Assembly: GCA_001949185.1 (NCBI GenBank)
Contig: BDGG01000001.1
Coordinates: 8,403,067 to 8,467,066, forward strand
Source: Ramazzottius varieornatus
Lineage: Eukaryota > Animalia > Tardigrada
Direction: 5' to 3'
Length of the DNA: 64,000 bases
Every line of letters begins with the position of its first letter. Within the stretch, counting starts at the first letter, position 1. Below, piece by piece: positions 49,585-59,435 of the stretch. The notes beneath the pieces were generated by a model. That model saw only the letters and a list, made by a program, of their open reading frames with translations, was not told where the DNA came from and searched no databases. The translations under genes were made by a program, and so were the position numbers.

Positions 49585-52339
49585 TTTAAACTGCCCAACT
49601 TTTAACTACAACATGGCCATGCAAACTTCGAAAATTGCATATTGCATTATCTCAAAGGAGGTTGTCTGCTGGACTGACTTTATACAGTGGTCTCTTCATA
49701 TATCTATCTCACAACTCTGGAGCAGTTCTCTTTTGGTGGAAAAACATCAGCCAAGCTTGATGTTCGATCCCACTACTTGGGATTACGTTCGAAATCCCTG
49801 CTGCGCAAAGGCCGAAAGCGGCGCAGTACCGCATTATCCGAAAGCGCATTACAGTCACCTAGGTATGATTAGAATCAACTGAGTAGACGGCTGCTCCAGA
49901 CTAACAGACAAGTCTGAAAGACATTCTCATCCGGTAAACCACATTTTATGTGACAGTGGTGAATACAAACTCGGCGAGGTTTGGTTCCGTCAGAAAAGTT
50001 TAGATTGCTCGAATTACTTGGCGCAGTTAACTTGCCCCCCACCCTGCGTGGAGTTTCGCACCACTCCAGTGCACCGCTTACTACTGGACTGCAATGTGGT
50101 CCGTAGAAAGAACCATCTTTCCAGTTGAGAGACTGAGCGAGAACGTCTGGTGATGATGTCACAGTCAGCTTTGAACAGAAACTGCATGAATTTTGCCTGC
50201 CGCCTTATAAAGAATATAGAGGTGCAGTAACTGCTATTACGCAAGCATGTTCGAGCACCGGAGAGCAAATCTTCAGAACGACAGACCTCAGCTTTCTGTG
50301 CACCAAAAACACCTGTTGGATTGGTTGTGTCATGCTGCATGTCTAAAGCTAGCTGACAAGGGGACCTTCAAACCATGTCATACGCCGATCATGCTACCGA
50401 TGCTCTTTCATGATAGCTATGACACTTAGCTCTCAACAAACTGTGAAGGGGGAATGCCGCCGACCCTTCCGTGAAGCTGCAGAAGATCTCAAAGGTGCGT
50501 CGTTCGCTGTAAAACCAAAGTTACAGTCCATACAGCACTACTCAGGTCAACCTAAGAACTGATCGATTCTTCGAGCCAACACTGAACTTCCCATCGGGAT
50601 GATGTGGAATGATGTTCTGAACTAGAGATACGCAAAAGGCGAGCTTTCGGAAAAATAAGAATCAGCGAGTGAAATCATAAGAGGCATCCCTATAATAAAG
50701 TAGAAGTGACACTCCGGCATTCCTTAACGCAAATCACGACGGAATCAACTCGGTCATTGCAGGTGCACAGTCAATTCAGTTAGCTCACTGGATTGAAATT
50801 TCGATTAAGCGCTTAATTTGGTAAAATTTGAAACCCGCGTACCTGATATCAACGTGTCTCACAGCATATGTACAGATTTTACACTGTGCAGCTATCTCTG
50901 GCTTATTCCCAGTATCGATGCACAGAATTTTACGTTCTGTGAATTTCATGTTCTATGTTCAGGTTTGTAGCCGGCGCGATCATCGCCTGATGGCGACTAG
51001 GCGACAAGGCGATTAATTTGCCGGCGCCGGATGTATCATCGCTCTATGACAGATCAGCACACCATAAGAGTGAAATTCGCTCGTGATGTCAAGCCACCGC
51101 GTCCAACATTTCTGCGCCCTGCCCATATCTACTCGCGCATCCATAGGGCATGTTACAATGTAAAGCGCGCCATGCAAGGTTACAAGCCCTCGGCGCGATA
51201 ATCGCTTTCTCGCCACGCTTGTCGCCTTTTGTTCCGTATAGCTCGCCAGTATCATACAATGCCTTCAGAAAGCCCGGCCATGCGGGTCACCGATTTCTTC
51301 GCTCATTGTGGTTAGTAGACGTACTTCTGCGCAATTTCAAACGGGACGCTTTGTAAGACTACTGTAGTATTCTCTTGCCCGAAGAATCTTTCGATGAACA
51401 ACAGTTGGTAGCGGTTCGCATTTTGGGCTATGACGATGCATGGTAGACGGTGATTCTGTGGTGGGAAAGGCAGCTGCGAAGAAATTATGGATCAGTCGTA
51501 CAACGCTCGTGATCAGGACAAGGGGAGCCGCAGGCAAGCAATGTTTGATCTTGGTCTGATTTTGTTGAACAAACAGGGAACCTAACCCCGATTTGCGACT
51601 ATCATTGCTGTTTTCAGGGTAACGAGATGCATGGAGCAACCATCTGGCTTCAGCGGGTGTCAGCCGATGTGTCCGAGCACCGTCCGTCCGACATGCTGTA
51701 CCCAGTCTTACTCTTTTCCCTATCCTCACTGGCCATCCTTTCCGCATCACTTCCCGCCTCTACCACCTTACTTCCGATATTCGGCGACTTGTTTCCAGCA
51801 ATATCCGCCTTATCACGAATCTTTCGCGGCCCCAACAAATTTTCATGCTGGACATTCCTCATGCGTCCAAGCCAATGCTTCCTTTCCTGTGGCGCACGTT
51901 CCCACTGCTGCAGCACCAAATTCACTCGGCACAGCTCGGAGCAACGTCAAAAACGATCCAGCTGCTGCTGCCAGCAAGCTTCCTGAAGAATAGCTCGCTG
52001 AAGCCCATACGAACACTCGAGAAACTGCAAGGCAAGTACAGTGTGAAATCCAATGCTGTTGTGTGAGTGCGTCAATGTGTATCGGGGATGTCTGGCTTAC
52101 TTATTCCCAAGTTATCCGATCGCGATGACGTCATTCGTTAGCCAGTCTGATAGACTGCTTCTGGTAGCTTTGTAGCTTCTGCCCTTTACAGGAAAGATCG
52201 CAGTCGCCAGCTTACGGTATCAAGTTCGGAGACGAGATAGTCCTTCCAATGCTACAGCCATCAGTCAAAGCAGCGCGGCCGTCAACATCCAACGTCATCA
52301 ACGGAACGAAGAGCCAAACTTTCACGCGTTACGCTTCTA

Positions 52340-55300
52340 CCTTCGTTCAAGAACTCATCTTCCAAGCCTGACCAAAACCGCAAAGGATGTCGTCAGAAGC
52401 CAAGCAAAGCGCTTCTCTCTGAATGGTGACAGCCTCTTCGTGACAGTTAATGGTGCCCAGAAGAGATACATTGAGACCAAGGAGGAGAGGACAAAAATTC
52501 TGAAGGAATGTCATTCGTGAATTCCGATCTCGAGCAAACTTGGAGTCAGTTCTGTTGGCTGCTTGTTGAACACTGTTGAGCGGAAATGAAATTATAACGT
52601 ATGCTTTTGTACTCAACAGGCTGTGGGGACACGCTCAACGTAATCTGATGCTGGAGAAGCTAGAAGAGTATGGCTACTGGAGAACGCAGAGAGAAGACAT
52701 CGAGGAGTTTGTAAGTAAACGACAGAAATTTGTATTGACTTCAAAGGTGTAAATGAAGCTGTGTGCTGATTTTCCAGATCAACTCCTGCGCCTAATGCCG
52801 AAAACAGGGCAAAGGATTGATCAAAGTGAAGAAAGAACTCAAGCCAATGAAGATAGCCTCTAGAGCGTGGCGGTTGATTGGTACAGACCTCGTGGGACCG
52901 CTCCACAAAACTACAAGAGAAAACACGTATACTCTGACGGTTGTCGACTACTACACTAAATGGTGCGAAGCTGTCGCAATTCCGCGAAAAGTTGCGCTGT
53001 CTGTAGTCCGAGCGCTTCACGAAATCTACTCTCGTCATGGCGTTCCTAACCGAGTAATATCCCACAATGGAGGTGAATTCAAGAACGAGGTAAGCCAAGT
53101 GGAAAGTCAAGTAAGAAGTGTTTCAGAATTTTGATTGATATTCGCTTTATCACCCTCACGCTGTTCTTGCTGCAGGTTATGAGACAAATGAATGAAATGT
53201 ATGATATCCAGCATGTTTTTACGCGACCATATGCACCGCAGACCAACTGTGGTATTGAGAACATCAACAAGCAACTGCAGAAGTAAGTGGTCAGTCTTAT
53301 TCGAAAACAATACGTCGGTAGTGCTCCTACTGGGTAACTTTAAGTGGAAGTGAGCCTCGTAACCTGTTTTGCCAACCAAAATTTTCATGTTGCAGGCAAC
53401 TGACTCTCGCCATCAGTGCCGACTCGAACAATTGGGACCTTCACCTCAATTCAGCACTCCCAGTTCTTCGTACGAGACCACATACTACCAGGAGATTTCC
53501 ACCGCACGATCTGATGTATTCCATCGCGTACCGACATGGTTTTTCGGACGATATGGCGAACGACGACGCCACCGTTGACAATTTGATGCAAATGGATGCG
53601 GAAGAGTTCGACCAGACTGTGTATCGCCAGTGCGAAGAAATGATGCGGTAACACAAGCTCGTATCAGATCTTCTGGCGGAAGAAGTTGGAGGGAATATCC
53701 GAAAAGAGAAACTGCGGCAAAAAAGAGTTTCGACACTCGACATCTCGCTAAAGGGGAGATAGTGAGAGCATGTAGAATTTGTCTGCAGCTAACATCCACT
53801 GCCATGAGTCGTCGTTGTGCCACGGTCATAGTCTGTTTCACCATATCTCCAGATTTTGTCGTCCGATCTCAGAATCTTAACAGGTATCATGTGGTAATTT
53901 CACTACAGACTGGCTTTCTTCTCGATTTCACAAATTGTTCGAGAGACGCATTTCTCCATTCTGCGCTCAAGTGCGCAACTTAGGGTTTCGTCATCAATTT
54001 ATAGACACACCGCACCGACGGCAATGCAGTCTGCTGAATTCCATATCTGAGTTTTGAAGCCCAATGTGGCTTAGAAGAGCTTATAAGTACTAAGTTTCCT
54101 GCAAAAATCGAAAAAGAATATAAGAGCAACGTACTAACTCGGCAACGGAATTAGAACAGTCATTTTGCTCCATTTTGCCGGGAAATCTGTGGTGAAAAGA
54201 CTTCTACTTCTTCAGAACTGCAGATCCTTGTTCTCCACCCTCTTTCCTCTTGGTCAGTTCCCGTTCTGAATGTTTCCAGCAATAGAACTCTGGGACATCA
54301 ACGGAGAACTGAAAACAAATTTCCGAAAACGGCCCAGAAATTTTCGAAAGTTGTTGTAATTTTTACTTCGTGCATCCCCTAGTTTAACTCTAATTCCGCC
54401 ATTTTGCAAACAGATTTTCGACGAGTAATTTTTCACGAGGTAGCAAACAGGATGTAAAATCAGGGAAAGCTGATTCCAAAGCTAACCAACAATCGCGTTG
54501 AGCAAGGCTTGATATAACGGGTGGTAGCAACTTGGCGCACTCAGGATGTATCATAATCCCAAAGCATGGGCTTTCGAATAAACTGTCGTAGACTTCGAAG
54601 AGATATTCGACTGAGAAAATAACGCGGAGTAGTAGGTGACGCGAGCAAGTATAGGAAGACCATAGGGTGACGACGACCTGTGAGCGTGACCACACTGGTA
54701 CTTTTTGAGAGTTTGTAACAGCTGTCGACTATTCAAATCCGACGGCTTGAAAATTATGATCAAACAAACGTGTTGTCTTAGGTGATCTGGTTTACTTCTA
54801 TCCTATGAAGATGCGTGGTGCACTTCAGAGCAAGAGTGAGAAGGGGCTTCGTGGTCCTGTCACAGTCCTCAAAGTACACCACCAATAGCTAACTGTAGTT
54901 CACGGTCGGAAGAACGTGAAAGTACTGAAAGAAAATGTTCGTCTGCCTCGAGAGAAACCAGCACGCACCGCCGACGTTGTAGAGAGCGATATCGAACAAC
55001 CAACGATGCAGAAACGGACCCGCAAACGACGTTTCGATGTCCAAAAGCGAGACCGAAGAGTACAAGCACTGGAGGAAAGAAGAAAAAGAAATTGTAGACC
55101 TCCTGAACGACGCAAACCCAGCAAATGCCAACATTCCTTTAGAAGAGGCTCCGTTACCAATCGAGACGGATGCCGAAGTTGCAGTGGAACATCTGGTAGC
55201 TGATCGAGCTAAGGTGGATGCCTCGAAGACCGGCGCAACTAGCAGCATTACCGGTTCCCCTCTGGCAGAAGTTGAACTTTCCGTCCCTACGCCGGATGAT

Positions 55301-55380
55301 TGTCGGAAAAACAACGCAGAAGTTGCAGCTGGAGCTCATCTGGTAAAACAATGCGCACACTTGTCCAGTCGGTCCTGAAA
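52340..55380 (+). mobile_element. Ginger/GIN-type intron-containing integrase (pseudogenised)
   Basis: HHCC finger (ECH...GHAQ...YW...CA*C); core IGTDLVGP...VVDYYTKWCEA...GVPNRVISHNGGEF...PYAPQTNCGIEN; GPY/F-like tail LGDLVYF...RGPVTV (about 54775-54950). Interrupted by GT-AG introns; no RT or RNase H seen. Confidence 0.8.
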
Positions 55381-55459
55381 TTCGACGGTCTTCCCCGAAA
55401 GCCGCAACCAGAGGTCACCATTTTGACTGAAACCGAAGAAGAAAAAATTATTAAATAAA

Positions 55460-56164
55460 TTACAACCTGGGATTCGTCAAGCGTCTGGAGGATTTGAAGT
55501 TCTTACGTAGCTTCGTCAGAAGCAAAGTACTCGACGGTATAGAGCCCAAGCTTCGAACTACGACCACGCCGCTAGCAACGTCTAGTAAGGGCTTTACACC
55601 ACCGGGCGAATGCTGAGAACAGCTCGGTGAATTTGATACAGCACGCTTTCGAGTATCCTTCGCATATGGATCTTGAACGTCCATATCCACTGGGACATGT
55701 TCGATACAATTCGGTGGGTCTGCTGGAGGAATATTTTTCTGAGGAGTTACGGACGCAGAACGAGCTTGCGGTCGCGGTAAACGGCAGTCTTGCAAGAAAT
55801 CCTTGACATGCTGTAACTGGTTAGAAAGAAGAATAGACGCGGCGGGAACAGCTGGCACTGAAGGTAACGGTGGCGGCGGTGGTACATCGGTTATGGAAGG
55901 AACCGCTGGTGGTAATTCCGGGAACGCTTGCAGTTTTAGGGCCATAAATTTTTGTAAGCTGTCAGAAAGAGCGTGAGCTTTTTCCCATTCGGTCATCGTT
56001 GGATCGGACAACGTTCTGGCCGTCAGTTGGTCTAATGCCATCACTTCCACTGCTTCTGGTTTTTCCTTCCGGAATGCTAGTGAGTCCATCTGTTTTTCCC
56101 TACCCGAGCTGTCCATCCTGTTTGCCATCGCAACTTTTTCCGGCACAATATACAGGGTCTGCAT
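55460..56164 (-). CDS. Polinton/Maverick-type uncharacterised protein
   Basis: MQTLYIVP...LDQLTARTLSDPTMTEWEKAHALSDSLQKF pattern and position resemble the ORF that commonly follows the GGF protein in Mavericks (recognised from memory, not by search). Confidence 0.6.
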   Translation of the reverse strand: MQTLYIVPEKVAMANRMDSSGREKQMDSLAFRKEKPEAVEVMALDQLTARTLSDPTMTEWEKAHALSDSLQKFMALKLQAFPELPPAVPSITDVPPPPPLPSVPAVPAASILLSNQLQHVKDFLQDCRLPRPQARSASVTPQKNIPPADPPNCIEHVPVDMDVQDPYAKDTRKRAVSNSPSCSQHSPGGVKPLLDVASGVVVVRSLGSIPSSTLLLTKLRKNFKSSRRLTNPRL

Positions 56165-56170
56165 TTTTCT

Positions 56171-56500
56171 TTAGCGCGCAGCAGGAGCTCCTCCGATTAC
56201 CGAGGCTAGAACTGGTAATATAGCCACAAAAAATCCTCCTTTCTGTAGTAAAATTTCGTTTTTCGCACGGACGGGGTATCGACCTAAAGCCAACAATTTG
56301 AGAGGTTTACGATATCGCTGACAGATCTTGAGATGATCAGGACTTAAATCCACTGTGTTTTTGACTATGTTGAGACAAACCTCCTCTAGTGCCTTTATGT
56401 GATGTTTTTGGCAACTCTTCAGCAGCTTCTTTCGATGCTGACACTTCAGAGATCCCAAAGTGACAGTGAACGGAGCCAGTCCATCTAACTTCGCAGACAT
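56171..56500 (-). CDS. Polinton/Maverick small basic protein with C-terminal QKGG|FF amphipathic peptide
   Basis: RKKLLK...IKALEEVCLNIVK...LLQKGGFFVAILPVLASVIG, directly downstream of the ATPase. Confidence 0.75.
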   Translation of the reverse strand: MSAKLDGLAPFTVTLGSLKCQHRKKLLKSCQKHHIKALEEVCLNIVKNTVDLSPDHLKICQRYRKPLKLLALGRYPVRAKNEILLQKGGFFVAILPVLASVIGGAPAAR

Positions 56501-57167
56501 TCCTGTGGCACCGAAATTTGGTTAGGGTTAACGTAGACTCTAGTTACTTCATCAGGAAATATGTGGCTTCGAATCCTTAAATAGTCAGGGCAGTCCGGTT
56601 TCATGTCGACTATTAAAGGCTGAAATGGCTCCGCATTCACTTTCATATAAGCTTCACTCAAATCTGCTCTTCCCGTTTGTCGTGCAAGCGTTGATATCTG
56701 TGACACGTCTCTTGCATTCTTGAACAGAATCAGGTACGTCGAATTTAAATGCAGGTTGCGCATACTTTTGCCTTGTTGAAATATGTTTTGACAAATATGG
56801 ATAACATCAACGTTTTGTGATGACTGCCTCATGTAAAAAATTTCCAGCTTGTTTGCAATTGTCGTGGCCAAATCGTCCAGTATTAGTAAGTTCCGATCTT
56901 TGCTCGAAAAGAAGTGCTCGTTATCAAGTATGTCTTTGACGTTTCGCACGAACTGAATGGCTGGATTACATTCCAGCATGATTTCATATGCTTTCTGCCA
57001 ATCAATATAGGCAACTACAAGTCTTGTTGGAGGATCCGCAAATATTCGCTCGCGTGCTTTAATAATTTGACCATAAACTGTGTCTTTCCACTTCCAGTTG
57101 GTCCGAAACACAACGCTCCAAACGGTGAGCGAAACTGCTTAAGATTATAGTCAAGAGCTGGGAACAT
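56485..57167 (-). pseudogene. Polinton/Maverick A32-like (FtsK-HerA) packaging ATPase, frameshifted
   Basis: PFGALCFGPTGSGKT (Walker A), LLILDD (Walker B), HICQNIFQQGKSMRNLHLNSTYLILFKNARD. Frameshift near 57045. Confidence 0.9.
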
Positions 57168-57730
57168 GGCCATCATGAAGAATATTGTTGCAGCAGCAAA
57201 TTTGAACTGCAAAATCAACTTGGCCAACTGGAGACAATGGTGGATATGGCATACTATTGATATAATCCGAAGTCATTCTCAGGACTCATTATTCGACGGC
57301 TTGTCCCCTTTAAATCCCACTGCAAAGTTTTCTGTAATGGCAAGGTTGTAGTCAACGGCGCTACTAGCGAAAAAAGTGCAAAAGCTTTAACTGAAAGCTA
57401 TTGCCAAACAACGCAAAAAGCCGGTTACGGTGACGCACGCGTCACAGACTTCAGAATCGTAAACATCATTGCCACATTTGACTTTGGCCGGAAAATTCGC
57501 CTGTTGGCGTGTATCACATCGTTCGCAAAGTTGCACCAGGGAACGGTAACTCTGTCTGCCTTGTAAAATCTGTTTCGTTTGAACCCGAAATGTTCCCTGC
57601 TGTTTTTTAAAAACTGGACAATGTAACCTGTGTGTTATCTCAAACTGGAAAGTGCAACATGCTTGGAACAAAGGCTGAATCTGACGTCGATCTAGCTGAA
57701 CTCGAATTTCGCATTATTAGCGAACAATAA
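57166..57730 (+). pseudogene. Intronless TATA-binding protein (TBP)-like pseudogene
   Basis: Across three frames: MKNIVAAANLNCKINL / YNPKSFSGLIIRRLVPFKSHCKVFCNGKVVVNGATSE...TDFRIVNIIATFDFGRKIRL / FEPEMFPAVF*KLDNVTCVLSQTGKCNMLGTKAE. Both TBP repeats are recognisable. Confidence 0.85.
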
Positions 57731-58004
57731 ACGTGAGGAAACTCTAATGGTGATGTTCTGCATAGAAGTCGGGACATTCTAGAGTAGAACAATTGCCAGT
57801 ATAGACTAGCGCGACGGTGGGCGTGCACACCCATACATCTATAGTCCGGTAAGACAGCATTAGGTAAGACAGCATGATTCGTGGCTACTCCCAAACCTTA
57901 GTAGAAAGAAAAACTCCCTGGGTGCTCTTCCCGATGATATCCTCGTCGCTTCCGGTAGCGGAAAGCTGATGCTTCTCCAGTTCATCAAGCTAGCCGAAGC
58001 AGGC

Positions 58005-58176
58005 GTTGCTGCGGGGTCCGAAGTGTCTGAGTGGGCGAGATTGGCAGGGGGACCCCATATGGAGAGCTTGTGGCCGGGAACTCAGCGGGAAAGTTTAATT
58101 GCTGGTCCTCCTCAGGACCGCCGTGTGGGGGTCCACTTGTCATTGTCGCCCACTCAGACACATCGGACTCCGCAAC
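58005..58176 (+). ncRNA. Candidate rod-like structured RNA (about 170 nt)
   Basis: 28-bp outer stem (58011-58038 / 58146-58173) plus inner stems; most deviations are G-U compatible on the + strand only. Confidence 0.45.
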
Positions 58177-58241
58177 TGTAAGGTTTGATTGACCTAGTGC
58201 GCAAAGGCGCTTAGGTAAGAATGATCTCGAAGCAGTTAATA

Positions 58242-58321
58242 GCTTGGATGGCCCAGTGGTGCGAGTACTCGCCTTGTAAGCAGCATGAGGGGGAGGAGGG
58301 GTTTGGTTCCCTATCCGTCCA
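58242..58321 (+). pseudogene. tRNA-Thr(TGT)-like degenerate sequence or SINE head
   Basis: A box TGGCCCAGTGG, anticodon arm CTCGC-CTTGTAA-GC, T arm AGGGGTTTGGTTCCCT, then TTTT. Acceptor stem and B box are imperfect. Confidence 0.5.
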
Positions 58322-59060
58322 ACTTTTAACTTGATTCGTGATGAAGAGTTTCCGTAGGAAGAAGCCACGATCTGGCTATCAAAGTAAGCGAACCAATCTG
58401 TTCCTTACACAGCGACGCCTGAGCGGAGTTGATGTGTTCCAGAAACGCAAGGAGATCACTCCAGAACTGTCAGACAATCCTTGCTTGGTGATAAGGGGCA
58501 AGTCGGAGGAAAAAATCGGAAATATAGCGAGGATAATCTCGGTGGACGCAAACGATCCAATGAAGAGAATAATTTCGAGTAAAGGTATTCGGAAGAAACC
58601 TGGAACTGCAGCTAATTTGTGGTGCGGCCACTCGTGGCACCAAGTACTGTCTGGGTTTCCAGCTTCGTGAAACGAACAAACTTCGGATAACAATACAGTG
58701 GTGAACTGGTGACCAGGACTCGCTTTTGTTTCCGTTGGGTCACACGATCCCATCCACCGGTGAAATTATTATCTTGTACCTTATTTTTAATCTGATAAAC
58801 GTCTGCATGTGTCTCAAACAAAGAAGTTTCTGACACTTTGGAGAGTCTTACTGGTATCGAAGAGGTCAAAACTTAGTGACGACGATAACACAGCGCATAC
58901 ATGATTGAAAATTATTTTTGCGATCATTAATGATTTATATCTAGTCTCTGTTTAGACAATCAGGAAGCAAAGCACTCCAGGACAATAAATGAATTTACCG
59001 GTTAGCCGGATCTGGTGACGATCGATATTGGGGTTGCTGCAACGATCAAATTCTAATTAG

Positions 59061-59435
59061 CTAAGCAGTAGCTCCGAATGTATCTTTTCGGTACCTACTT
59101 GATCGCGGGGTGGTAGTGGTAGTAGTAGTGGTGGTGGTGGTGGTGGTAGTCGGCGTTGGACCTGTGACTGCAGTAGTTGAGGGAGTTGTAGTAGTGGTGG
59201 TGGTTGAGGTGAAAGCGGTTCTTCGGATGGTGACGAGACGCTGTTTTCGCGTAGATAGCTGCTGATTCGAAACATGGATCGCATGTTTTTGCGACCCAAG
59301 TTGCGCACTTGATAGTTTTCCATTCGACTTGGGGGAACGAAGTTTCCCGCGTTGTCGTGCTGGGTCTGCCGAGATGCAGACGACGAGTGCAAAGACGACC
59401 GCGAACAGGAAAGAAAGCTTCAAAGTCAGCTTCAT
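59061..59435 (-). CDS. Small secreted basic, Thr-rich (mucin-like) protein, 124 aa
   Basis: Signal peptide MKLTLKLSFLFAVVFALVVCISA, Arg/Lys-rich segment, poly-Thr tracts from ACC/ACT repeats. Confidence 0.75.
   Translation of the reverse strand: MKLTLKLSFLFAVVFALVVCISADPARQRGKLRSPKSNGKLSSAQLGSQKHAIHVSNQQLSTRKQRLVTIRRTAFTSTTTTTTTPSTTAVTGPTPTTTTTTTTTTTTTTPRSSRYRKDTFGATA

Noticed and set aside
57960-58380. Hammerhead, RNase P, SRP or 7SK identity for the structured region
   Set aside because: Only short motif coincidences (CTGATG, GTCTGAG, GATCTGGCT); the required cores and spacing are absent.
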